Assembly (NCBI RefSeq): GCF_037042905.1 | Contig: NC_087246.1 | Coordinates: 9,240,001-9,304,000, forward strand | Reading direction: 5' to 3' | Length of the DNA stretch: 64,000 nucleotides | DNA from: Lytechinus pictus | Taxonomy: Eukaryota | Part shown: in pieces, positions 1 through 9,736 of the stretch | Position numbering within the stretch: the stretch's first letter is position 1 | How the letters are laid out: each line of letters opens with the position of its first letter | Position numbers and translations under genes: made by a program | The notes under the pieces: model-generated | Told to the model about the DNA's origin: nothing | Seen by the model: the letters and a program-made list of their open reading frames with translations, nothing else | Databases searched by the model: none

Positions 1-369
1 GATATAATAGTACATGGGTATGTTGATTCTTATTTAATCACACATAATAGTTATTGCTATACTAATTTAGATTTAGTTATTGACAAGTTTTCCAGATGAA
101 ACATTTGTTTATTATTGTTTGTTTATTCATTTTGTTACAGATTGTTATCTCAAGGTTTGACTCAAGGTTTGAACTTACAGTTTGGATCTCAAGGTTACAG
201 AGATAGTGTTGAAGTTAACGCTATTGAGTTGCTGAATAAAACATAAGTTTGTGGAATTCTAGCAAATTGTGTCCAGCGTGTATTTCGTTGAGAAGCCTTG
301 TGAATAACAACAGTTGGAAATAGATGCGAACGAAACTCCTTCGTATAAAGATTTACGAAGGCAGCCACA
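1..369 (+). repeat. 5' LTR (3' part only)
   Basis: Direct repeat of 7538-7906 (offset 7537), ending ...GCAGCCACA; AATAAA at 235-240. Confidence 0.95.
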
Positions 370-381
370 ATAACAATCGAA
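370..381 (+). promoter_or_regulatory. Non-canonical primer-binding site (ATAACAATCGAA), no TGG; complementary to predicted spliced LTR leader
   Basis: Immediately 3' of the 5' LTR. Its reverse complement TTCGATTGTTAT equals TTCG (6939-6942, before a GTAAGA donor) joined to ATTGTTAT (7678-7685, after a TTTTGTTACAG acceptor). Confidence 0.6.
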
Positions 382-427
382 GAGCATTAAAGTTTTGCAG
401 CAGAGTTATTATAGAAGGTGTGACGTC

Positions 428-3400
428 ATGTCTTCAGAACCAGCATCAAGACGTCAATCGACATCCAAGAGGATCTCCACATCGAAGGCCAGGAGTCTGG
501 CAGGTGATGAGTGCATCAAAGATGGTGTGGAAGGACAGTGCGAGCCAGCCATGAAGGCCGAAAGTATAGCAAGTTCGCGGATGTCCCGCAGAAGTGCCAG
601 ACTTGCTGAAGCGTTCCAAGCTGAGCTGGCAGTGATGGACCAAGAGGACAGACTAGAAGCTCTGAAGTATGAGCAGTTAATGAAATTGCGGGAGGAGCAG
701 CGTAAGCTGAAAGAATTGAAGCTAAAAAATGAGTTGGCAGCAAAAATGTCAGCACTTGAAGATGAGGATGATGCTTCAGAAGGTGACAGAGATGACATCC
801 AGGTACCAAAGGAAATACCTGGTGATTCTGTGCGAAGGTATTTTGATTCTCATCCGGACGTGGAAGCAAGTGCAGCACCTCCTCCTCACGACGTACATCA
901 GACGGGATTTGAAAAGATGGCGGAGTCCATGACTGAGATGGCAAAAGCGATGACGCAGCAGAATGCAACAACACATGGTCTCGCCATCTCAAGCCAACTC
1001 CCAAAGCTCGAAATACCAGTTTTTAGCGGTGATCCCTTGCGGTACGCACTTTGGAAAAACGGCTTCACCAACTTGGTGGACTCAAAACCCCTGGATGGAG
1101 CAACTAAACTCAACTATCTAAATAGCTATGTTATGGGAGAGCCAAAGAAGATAGTCGAGCACTTCATCTTGTTGGGGACAGAAGAAGCTTACTTCCAAGC
1201 GATGGAGCTACTGCAAAAGAGATATGGCAGTGGCAGCGTGATCAGTGCTGCCTTCTCTAACAAGCTGACCTCATGGCCAAGGATCTTCGACAAGGACCCT
1301 GCAGGATTGCGGAAGTTCGCAGATTTCCTCGAACAGGTAGCTGCAGCAAAGTCGACTGAGTCTTCTTTGGGGATATTGGACTATCCTCAAGAAAACATCA
1401 AGCTAGTCAACAAGCTACCCCTTTACCTTGAAAGATCTTGGCGTGATGAGGTGGATAGATGGCAGACACATGGCTACGGAAGTTATCCTCCGTTCAAGGT
1501 CTTCACCGACTTTGTTAGCAGAGCGGCCAACAAGGCCAACATTCCTGAGCTGGAGGGACTGCGAAGCGGCGAGTCTAGACCACGGCAGTACCAAGAGGAA
1601 CGCCCAAGGTACGCTCATCAAAAAGGAAAGGTACTGTCAACCAAGGTCGAGTCCAAGATCAGCAAGGGAAATTACAGATCCTGTCCTTTCTGTGAAGAAG
1701 ATCATCACCTAGATGACTGCAAAGACTTCAAGAAACGGTCACTTCATGCAAGGAAAGGATTCTTCTTTCAGAAGAATCTGTGCATGGGGTGTGGAGTATC
1801 AGACAGCCATCAGGTGAAGGATTGCCAACACCGAAGGAACTGTAAGGTGTGCCAAGGAAATCATCTTGCAAGCCTTCATCGATTTGAAAGGGCTAAGATC
1901 CAGGGCGATGGAGCTTCATCCAATTGCACCAACGTCTGCTCCCTTCCGGACCAAGATGGCCAAGAGCATTGCATGATCGTTCCAGTGTGGGTGAGACACA
2001 AGGATGAACCATCCAGAGAGTTCCTTCATTATGCAATCTTGGACGATCAAAGCAATGTAGGCTTTGTGTCGGATGGACTGTGCGAGCAGTTAGGAGTCCA
2101 AGGAGCCGAAACCACGCTCAAACTCACAACGATGCACACCACAACGAGCATCCAGAGCAGGAAGGTATGTGGGCTGCAGGTGCTGGACTTTAAAAAGGAG
2201 AATGAGATTGATCTTCCACCAAGCTTCTCCAGAGAGTCTGTTCCAGCTCATAGGTCCCAGATTCCCAAAGGTGAAGTCATGAAGGAGTGGCCTCATCTGG
2301 AGCCAGTGGCTCATGAGCTCATGCCCTACAACACAAGTATTAAGGTATCGCTCCTTATTGGAAACAACTGCCCCCGAGCCATACGCCCTCGTGAAGTCAT
2401 TGCCGGTGAAGAAGACGACCCATATGCAGTAAGAACAGCACTTGGATGGGGAGTAGTCGGCAAGGTATGCCTAACATCTTCAGGGGAGGCGCAGATCTGT
2501 AATAGGATTTCTGCAGTGGAGAGGTACCCAAGGTTTGCCTTCGCGAGTAAGGCCAAGGAGATCCTGGACACAGAGAAGATGATCCGAATCCTTGAGCAGG
2601 ACTTCAGGGACTCGGGTTCGAACGGTGCGCCTTACTCTGTGGAGGAGAAAAGATTCCTGGAAATCCTGGAAGGTGGTATCCGCAGACGTGATGATGGCCA
2701 CTATGAGATGCCGCTACCTCTGAAGGCTCCAAAGGTTAGTCTTCCCTTCAACAGGCCTCTAGCACTGAAGAGGTGGAACCAGCTGTCTGGAAGGTTGCGG
2801 AGGAACCCAAAGTTCGGCAGAGACTACAGGGAATTCATGGATGACGTCATCCAGAATTATGCAGAGAGAGTGCCCGCAGACCGTCTCAGCCTACAGGACC
2901 GGGTTAACTATATCCCTCACACTGGGGTGTATCATCCGAGAAAGCCTGATAAGATCAGAGTAGTCTTTGACTGCTCTGCACCTTATCAAGGAGTATCCCT
3001 CAACGATGTTCTCTTGCAAGGACCCAACACTATGAACAGCCTCCTGGGAGTGCTCTGTCGTTTCCGAAAGGAAGTAGTAGCTGTAGCAGCGGACGTAAAG
3101 AGCATGTTCCACCAGTTTTACGTCGCCACAGAGGATAGAGACCTCCTGAGGTTTCTCTGGTGGGAAAATGGTAATCCTGAGAACGCTGTCGTGGAGTATC
3201 GCATGAAGGTGCACTTGTTCGGTGCAGCTAGTTCTCCAGGAGTAGCTACCTTCGGGCTGAGAAGAGCTGCAGATGACGGAGAAGGTGAATATGGTACTCC
3301 AGCAGCTAACTACATCCGAAGAGACTTCTACGTCGATGATGGGTTAAGGTCAGAACCAGATGTAGCATCAGCAATTAAGCTCCTCAAGAACAGTCAGGCA

Positions 3401-6052
3401 ATCTGTGCTAAAGCCGGACTAACGCTGCATAAGATTGCATCCAACAAGAGGGAGGTCCAAGAGAGCTTCAACAAGAAGGAGGATCCAACTGAGGAGAAGG
3501 ATCTAGGGATGCAAGGTGTGTCGACAGTTGAAAGAGTGCTCGGAGTTGTATGGTGTGTCAAGAATGACATCTTCAAGTTCAAGATTGAACTCAAGGAAAG
3601 ACCGTACACCAGACGCGGAGTGCTGTCAACAGTCAGCTCTTTCTATGATCCTTGTGGTTTCCTCAGCCCTGTCATGCTCAGAGGGAAGCAGATACTCCAA
3701 GAGCTTTGTCGGAGCAAGCTTGACTGGGACAGTCCAATGCCAGGCAATCTTCGCCCAGCCTGGGAAAGATGGCTGCAGGAGGTGTTTCATTTGGAGAAGC
3801 TCCAGATAGCCAGATGTTACAAGCCCCACGACTTCGGACAGGTCAAGGCGACAGAGATTCACCACTTCTCTGATGCAAGTCAGAACGGATATGGACAGTG
3901 TTCCTATATCCGTTTTGTGAACACTGAGGATAAGGCCCACTGTTGTTTTGTCATCGGGAAGTCTCGAGTGACTCCATTGAAGCAGGTCAGCATTCCAAGG
4001 TTGGAGTTGACGGCAGCTACAGTTTCTGCAAAAATGAGTTCATTTTTGAAACAGGAGTTAAAATATGACGACATCAAGGAGTATTTCTGGACCGACAGCA
4101 AGGTCGTACTGGGTTACGTGCAGAACGAGGCCAGGAGATTCCATGTCTACGTAGCAAACAGGATTCAGCTTATCCGAGACCTGACGGACCCTGATGAGTG
4201 GTGCTATGTAGACACAGCCCAGAATCCAGCAGACGATGCTTCGAGAGGACTATCTGCCACTCAGCTAACAGAGAATTGCCGTTGGTTGAGGGGACCTGGT
4301 TTCCTGCGGACAGATGGCATGTTCAAGCTTGATCATGTGCAGCCACAAGTCCAGCTTGAAGAGAGCGATCCAGAACTGAAACGTGCTACTACCCTAAAGA
4401 CAGGAGCCGGTGATGCAAAAGGTCACTTCGAAACTAGCCGATTGAACAGCTTTTCGAACTGGCACAGAGCAAAGAAAGCAGTAGCTAGGTGTATGCAGCT
4501 CACAATGAAGCTGCAGAGTAGAGACGTCAAACTTTCGAGCTCATCTCCAGATGCAGGAAAGTCATCCATGAAAGAGCCCGTGACTGTAGATGAACTGCAA
4601 CGTGCTGAAAGGTTGATCCTTCGGAGTGTCCAAGCAGAGTGTTTCTTGGAGGAGTTGCAGACATTGCAGAAGCTGAAAACTACAAGAGAGCTCACTGACA
4701 GACAAGCAACCCGTGTCAGGAATGCTGAGCTCAAGAAAACGAGCTGTCTTTATAGGCTCGATCCTTTTCTTGACAAAGAAGGAATCATCAGAGTTGGTGG
4801 ACGTATAGACAGAGCAGATGTCAGTAGAGATATAAGGCATCCAATCATCCTTCCCCGGAAGAGTCATATCACATGGTTGCTGATCAATGATTGCCACAGC
4901 AAGGTCAATCATATGGGACGTGGTCTAACACACAACGAGCTTCGCCAAAGAGGTTACTGGGTGATAGGAGGATCTTCTGCAGTTTCTCAGTTCATCTCCC
5001 AGTGCGTTACCTGCAGGAAGCTTCGAGGTTCTCTTGTGCAGCAGAAGATGTCAGAGTTACCCAAGGAGAGAGTTGAACCATCCGCCCCTTTCACCTACTG
5101 TGCAGTCGATTACTTTGGACCGTTTCTATTGAAGGAAAGGAGAAGTGAGGTGAAGAGGTATGGTGTCCTTTTCACATGTATGTCTTCGAGGAGTATACAT
5201 CTCGAGACTGCAAACAACCTTTCCAGCTCCTCTTTCATCAATGCTTTGAGGAGATTCATGAATCGCCGAGGAACCATTCGACAGCTGAGATCAGATCAAG
5301 GGACAACCTTCATAGGTGCCAGGAGTGAGTTGAAGCTAGCTCTTCAGGAGATGGACCAGCAGAAGGTGCAGGAGTATCTGCTAGAAAACGGGGTAGAGTG
5401 GATACCATTCAAGTTGAATGTTCCACATTCTTCACACATGGGAGGCGTCTGGGAAAGACAAATACACACGGTGAGAAGAGCCTTAGACACTGTACTTGCT
5501 AAGGCCGGCAGCCAGCTTGACGATGAAGCCTTTCGCACTTTCATGACTGAGGCAGAGTGCATCGTCAATTCTCGACCTCTCACCATCAATGATCTAAGTG
5601 ACTCAGAAGCGCCTGAGCCATTGTGCCCTCTCCATCTTCTGACGATGAAGCCAAAGGTCATACTACCACCCCCAGGGAAGTTCCAGGGAGCAGACAAGTA
5701 CTCCAGGAAGTGGTGGAGAAGGGTTCAATACCTCGCCAACGAATTCTGGTTGCGCTGGCGTCGAGAGTATCTCCAGCAGCTGCAGCCTCGTCAGAAGTGG
5801 ACGAAATCTCATCGGGACCTTACAATCGGCGACGTGGTTATTGTAAAGGAAAACGAAGACGCTCGACTTCGATGGCCTCTAGGAAGGGTGGAAGAAGTTA
5901 TTCCTAGTGAAGATGGACGTATTAGAAAGGTAAAGCTCCTCATGGCCGATGGAGCTCTGGACAGTAATGGTAAACGTTTGAAAAAGCCTTGTTACCTTGA
6001 TAGGCCAGTTCACAAGCTCGTCCTGCTATTACCCACAGAAGAGAAGGAATAA
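428..6052 (+). CDS. BEL/Pao gag-pol polyprotein (1874 aa from first ATG)
   Basis: Three Cys-His knuckles (CPFCEEDHHLDDC, CMGCGVSDSHQVKDC, CKVCQGNHLASLH); protease LDDQS; RT RVVFDCS / DVKSMF / YVDD; Pao-type RNase H FSDAS / RLEL / TDS / NPAD; integrase HHCC plus VDYFG / SDQG / WER; BEL-type C-terminus (WRRVQYLANEFWLRW). No stops or frameshifts. Confidence 0.96.
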   Translation: MSSEPASRRQSTSKRISTSKARSLAGDECIKDGVEGQCEPAMKAESIASSRMSRRSARLAEAFQAELAVMDQEDRLEALKYEQLMKLREEQRKLKELKLKNELAAKMSALEDEDDASEGDRDDIQVPKEIPGDSVRRYFDSHPDVEASAAPPPHDVHQTGFEKMAESMTEMAKAMTQQNATTHGLAISSQLPKLEIPVFSGDPLRYALWKNGFTNLVDSKPLDGATKLNYLNSYVMGEPKKIVEHFILLGTEEAYFQAMELLQKRYGSGSVISAAFSNKLTSWPRIFDKDPAGLRKFADFLEQVAAAKSTESSLGILDYPQENIKLVNKLPLYLERSWRDEVDRWQTHGYGSYPPFKVFTDFVSRAANKANIPELEGLRSGESRPRQYQEERPRYAHQKGKVLSTKVESKISKGNYRSCPFCEEDHHLDDCKDFKKRSLHARKGFFFQKNLCMGCGVSDSHQVKDCQHRRNCKVCQGNHLASLHRFERAKIQGDGASSNCTNVCSLPDQDGQEHCMIVPVWVRHKDEPSREFLHYAILDDQSNVGFVSDGLCEQLGVQGAETTLKLTTMHTTTSIQSRKVCGLQVLDFKKENEIDLPPSFSRESVPAHRSQIPKGEVMKEWPHLEPVAHELMPYNTSIKVSLLIGNNCPRAIRPREVIAGEEDDPYAVRTALGWGVVGKVCLTSSGEAQICNRISAVERYPRFAFASKAKEILDTEKMIRILEQDFRDSGSNGAPYSVEEKRFLEILEGGIRRRDDGHYEMPLPLKAPKVSLPFNRPLALKRWNQLSGRLRRNPKFGRDYREFMDDVIQNYAERVPADRLSLQDRVNYIPHTGVYHPRKPDKIRVVFDCSAPYQGVSLNDVLLQGPNTMNSLLGVLCRFRKEVVAVAADVKSMFHQFYVATEDRDLLRFLWWENGNPENAVVEYRMKVHLFGAASSPGVATFGLRRAADDGEGEYGTPAANYIRRDFYVDDGLRSEPDVASAIKLLKNSQAICAKAGLTLHKIASNKREVQESFNKKEDPTEEKDLGMQGVSTVERVLGVVWCVKNDIFKFKIELKERPYTRRGVLSTVSSFYDPCGFLSPVMLRGKQILQELCRSKLDWDSPMPGNLRPAWERWLQEVFHLEKLQIARCYKPHDFGQVKATEIHHFSDASQNGYGQCSYIRFVNTEDKAHCCFVIGKSRVTPLKQVSIPRLELTAATVSAKMSSFLKQELKYDDIKEYFWTDSKVVLGYVQNEARRFHVYVANRIQLIRDLTDPDEWCYVDTAQNPADDASRGLSATQLTENCRWLRGPGFLRTDGMFKLDHVQPQVQLEESDPELKRATTLKTGAGDAKGHFETSRLNSFSNWHRAKKAVARCMQLTMKLQSRDVKLSSSSPDAGKSSMKEPVTVDELQRAERLILRSVQAECFLEELQTLQKLKTTRELTDRQATRVRNAELKKTSCLYRLDPFLDKEGIIRVGGRIDRADVSRDIRHPIILPRKSHITWLLINDCHSKVNHMGRGLTHNELRQRGYWVIGGSSAVSQFISQCVTCRKLRGSLVQQKMSELPKERVEPSAPFTYCAVDYFGPFLLKERRSEVKRYGVLFTCMSSRSIHLETANNLSSSSFINALRRFMNRRGTIRQLRSDQGTTFIGARSELKLALQEMDQQKVQEYLLENGVEWIPFKLNVPHSSHMGGVWERQIHTVRRALDTVLAKAGSQLDDEAFRTFMTEAECIVNSRPLTINDLSDSEAPEPLCPLHLLTMKPKVILPPPGKFQGADKYSRKWWRRVQYLANEFWLRWRREYLQQLQPRQKWTKSHRDLTIGDVVIVKENEDARLRWPLGRVEEVIPSEDGRIRKVKLLMADGALDSNGKRLKKPCYLDRPVHKLVLLLPTEEKE

Positions 6053-6878
6053 TTGAACTGTACATTGAATTATATCGATGCACGAATAGTGTTGTTAGTA
6101 GACTCATATTTCTTTCCTTCTGTTGTTTTTCTCTCTCTTTCTTTCCTGTTCAGTGCTCATTATTCTAGCTACGCTTCTTTTGTAATTTCTTTTTCTCTAT
6201 ATTCTTTTCTTTCTTTCACATGCATTCCTCCTCTTTATACTCTTCAATATGTTTGTACATATTCCCTCGTTTGGTATGCCTATTTGGAGTTAATTTCTGT
6301 AGTAGTCACGCAGAAGACAAATGGGATTCCCCCTCAAGGAGCCTTGGTCATCGATGTCGTATATTTCTGATGTCAGAAGTATTTTTCTGTTAATTTGTAA
6401 TTTTCATGTACATTCATGATTATGTGGTTAGTGGATCAAGCGTTCAGGTTCTGTCAGTGTTTTTGTAAAGTAATAGGTTGTATACTTATTTAGCAGTACT
6501 TAAGATTGTCGTTTTCTTAAAGTATCGTAAGTCCGTATAATGGTATATTGTTATCACTTGTGTTAATGGTGTTTAGGTTAAGTAATTTTGCGCTATAGAA
6601 AATCAGTTTATCGTTATTATCATAGGTTGAATTACAGTTGTTTGAGTAAATGTTGCGAACATTTAAAGGAGCCATGTGACTACATCAGGATGTAGTGATG
6701 AAAATTTTTTAGTTATAAAAAGTCTGAAGACAAGACTACAAGTAAGATTCTAGAAAGTTCCTCTTGGACTTCACTAATGAGTCACAAATTAAGAATTTCT
6801 TTGTTCATCTCATCTACTTTCATTTTGGGAAGAGTATTGGTCATTCTCATTGTCGAAGTGATGCAGTAAGGTTCACGT

Positions 6879-6915
6879 TATATAACACTGCAGCAGAAAT
6901 CTTTAAAAGTTAGTT
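6879..6915 (+). promoter_or_regulatory. LTR core promoter: TATA box plus Inr-like TTAGTT (predicted TSS ~6912)
   Basis: TATATAA at 6879-6885 and TTAGTT at 6910-6915, about 31 nt apart. Confidence 0.55.
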
Positions 6916-6942
6916 GTGGAACATCTACAAAGGCCCAATTCG

Positions 6943-7677
6943 GTAAGAATACGATTTGATTATGTTAATTATGTTCTTAGTCATATTATTTAACGTTTAT
7001 AATTGTCATTTTATTTGAATAGATTAATGTTTGGTAGAGATATAATTTTACTGAGGTGCTACCAGCATATAGCCTACCTGTTAGTAGTAGACAAAGAGAT
7101 GAGTCATGTTACAGTGTGCGAAGTATATAGCAGAGTGGAGTAGATTTCCTTCTTTACGTTGATAGAAAGTATAATTGTGCATATATATAATTAAGTAATT
7201 CAGTGTTAATCAAATGTTTGATATGTGATAATATAGATTACTGTTCGTACATGTAGTTCATGATCAATTTGTAATTTAGAGTATTAGACCAAAACTATAA
7301 CTTTCATTTGGAGAGAAAGAACTTTCCTTTGTGAGTGATTTAGGGAGAAACCTTGAATGAGTGACTGTGATGGAATGTAGTTATGTTCACACGGCTAATC
7401 TGTCTATTGGTAGAATACTTAGTAGTGCACTGCACAGAGTGAGTGCAGCTGTGTTCATATGAGGATTTAATCGCCAGCTTAACTTTATTCCTTGCATATT
7501 TTTATACTCTGTTGATTTATGTAGGTTAATGTTATACGATATAATAGTACATGGGTATGTTGATTCTTATTTAATCACACATAATAGTTATTGCTATACT
7601 AATTTAGATTTAGTTATTGACAAGTTTTCCAGATGAAACATTTGTTTATTATTGTTTGTTTATTCATTTTGTTACAG
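6943..7677 (+). other. Predicted 735-nt GT-AG intron within the LTR R region
   Basis: Donor TCG|GTAAGA at 6943; long T-rich tract ending TTTTGTTACAG| at 7677 (also present in the 5' LTR at 140); AATAAA downstream at 7772-7777. Confidence 0.55.
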
Positions 7678-7906
7678 ATTGTTATCTCAAGGTTTGACTC
7701 AAGGTTTGAACTTACAGTTTGGATCTCAAGGTTACAGAGATAGTGTTGAAGTTAACGCTATTGAGTTGCTGAATAAAACATAAGTTTGTGGAATTCTAGC
7801 AAATTGTGTCCAGCGTGTATTTCGTTGAGAAGCCTTGTGAATAACAACAGTTGGAAATAGATGCGAACGAAACTCCTTCGTATAAAGATTTACGAAGGCA
7901 GCCACA

Positions 7907-8061
7907 ACGCGATTCATATAGCAGCAGTGCTGACTTTGAAATCTACTACAAAGTAATTATTCACAAAAAACATGATTCATATAATGATGTCCAAGTTTGA
8001 TGAACTATATACATTCTAAGTTATGCTGTCATTTTAAAGATTTGATGTTGACGCCGCCGCC
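7907..8061 (-). mobile_element. Internally deleted HINE remnant, target of the BEL insertion
   Basis: ACGCGATTCATATAGCAGCAGTGCTGACTTTGAAA...GTTGACGCCGCCGCC matches both ends of the HINE at 8777-9736. Confidence 0.85.
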
Positions 8062-8530
8062 TACATCTAGATCTACATGTATACGATAGGTCTACAGATT
8101 ACGTAGGTTAAGTCAAACTCTTTATCTGACATTATGCTTTGTAGGCATACTACACTTCCTATCCTTTCATTTCGACCCAGTGCAGACTCTTTTGACACAC
8201 AAACTGCTTAGTTAGATCCTTAAAGGGACATATAAATAGAAATAGAAAGATATATAGAAATAAAATGGTCTATTGAACAACATTCATTTGCGGCCAAAAG
8301 AACAAATTATAGATTCTCAAACATAAAATCAATTATACAAATATAATATACAACATAATGAAAAATAAAATAATGAAAAACAGAAATGAAAAAAAATATT
8401 TTTAAAATACATAAAAAATAATAATCACATGCCTGAGGCAAAATTGTGAAATCAATGATCAATGTAATATAATAATTTTTATTACCATTTATCATTTAAT
8501 TCAATATCGTAATTAATCTAAGATTTTTTT

Positions 8531-8776
8531 CAATTCAATTCAATTCAATTCAAGACTTTATTCCACATAACATACATGTAATATACATCAAGACAAACAT
8601 ACAAAGATAATACTGGAATAAATAAAGAACAAATAAAGTATAGACAGTTGAAAATGAGAAAAACAAATCACACTAATAACTAGGAACAAACAATTAATAC
8701 CTAAAACAAGTGGAACAAGCAATAAGTGAATAGTACAATGGAAATATTTACATATGGCAAAATGAGTAACTTGTCT
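8531..8776 (-). repeat. Probable LINE 3' tail fragment with (TTGAA)n end
   Basis: Minus strand reads AATAAAGTC(TTGAA)4, a tail type seen in CR1/L2-like elements; no ORF. Confidence 0.4.
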
Positions 8777-9736
8777 AAAACAAGTGGAATGCCTCTGGCC
8801 GTCTCACCTGCATCACGCGATTCAATATAGCAGCAGTGCTGATTTTGAAAACTACTATAACTCGCACAAGATGTTCAGTGATACTTGGTTACTCTTATTT
8901 CCACGTTTTATGAACTAGACCAATACACTTATAGAGATATGATGGCAATTCAACAAATACCCCCGACGTGGCCAAAGTTCTTTGACCTTACATGACCTTT
9001 GACCTTGATCATGTGACCTGAAACTCGCACAGGATGTTCAGTGATACTTGATTACTATTATGTCCAAGTTTTATGAACTAGACCAACACACTTTCAAATT
9101 TATGGCTGTAATTCAACAAATACCCCAATTTGGCCAAAGTTCATTGACCCTAAATGACCTTTGACCTTGATCATGTGACCTGAAACTTGCACAGGATGTT
9201 CAGTAATACTTGATTACTATTATGTCCAAGTTTCATGAATCAGATCCATAAACTTTCAAAGTTATGATGGTAATTCAACAGATACCCCCAATTCGGCCAA
9301 AGTTCATTGACCCTAAATGACCTTTGACCTTGGTCATGTGACGTGAAACTCATGCAGGATGTTCAGTGATACTTGATTAACCTTATGTATAAGTTTCATG
9401 AACTAGGTCCATATATTTTCTAAGTTATGATGACATTTCAAAAACTTAACCTTAGGTTAAGATTTTGATGTTGATTCCCCCAACATGGTCTAAGTTCATT
9501 GACCCTAAATGACCTTTGACCTTGGTCATGTGACATGAAACTCAGGCAGGATGTTCAGTAATACTTGATTAACCTTATGGCCAAGTTTCATGAACTAGGT
9601 CCATATACTTTCTAAGTTATGCTGTCATTTCAAAAACTTAACCTCAGGTTAAGATTTGGTGTTGACGCCGCCGCCGCCGTCGCCGTCGGAAAAGCGGCGC
9701 CTATAGTCTCACTCTGCTATGCAGGTGAGACAAAAA
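8777..9736 (-). mobile_element. Helentron-associated non-autonomous element (HINE/DINE-1-like), copy A
   Basis: T-run, subterminal IR GTCTCACCTGCAT with an adjacent partial IR, (GGC)n microsatellite, central ~160-190-bp tandem units, 3' subTIR ATGCAGGTGAGAC and CTTGTTT end; no TSD. Confidence 0.85.

Larger units (their letters stand above)
1..7906 (+). mobile_element. BEL/Pao (Belpaoviridae) LTR retrotransposon, intact; 5' LTR truncated by window start
   Basis: Bases 1-369 recur apparently identically at 7538-7906. Single gag-PR-RT-RH-IN ORF. Purine tract AAAGGAGCCA (6665-6674) sits directly before TGTGAC, and the LTR ends in GCCACA. Confidence 0.97.
6675..7906 (+). repeat. 3' LTR, 1232 bp (TG...CA)
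   Basis: Starts TGTGACTAC after the PPT and ends GCAGCCACA (7/9 terminal inverted repeat). The right boundary is fixed by the 5' LTR copy; the left boundary is inferred from PPT and TIR. Confidence 0.85.

Noticed and set aside
370..388. PBS as a match to a tRNA 3' end or T-loop
   Set aside because: No TGG. The complement contains TTCGATT, but it is followed by GTTAT rather than a C-rich T-stem. Not fully excluded without the host tRNA set.
395..427. TTG start of the polyprotein given by the ORF track
   Set aside because: Eukaryotic element; the first in-frame ATG is at 428.
324..5907. Many short overlapping or antisense ORFs within the BEL ORF
   Set aside because: Shadows of the long coding frame; no recognisable motifs.
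6053..6370. Hydrophobic ORF right after pol as a possible env
   Set aside because: TTG start, only 105 aa, and its F/S/L bias comes from a pyrimidine-rich 3' UTR; no env motifs.
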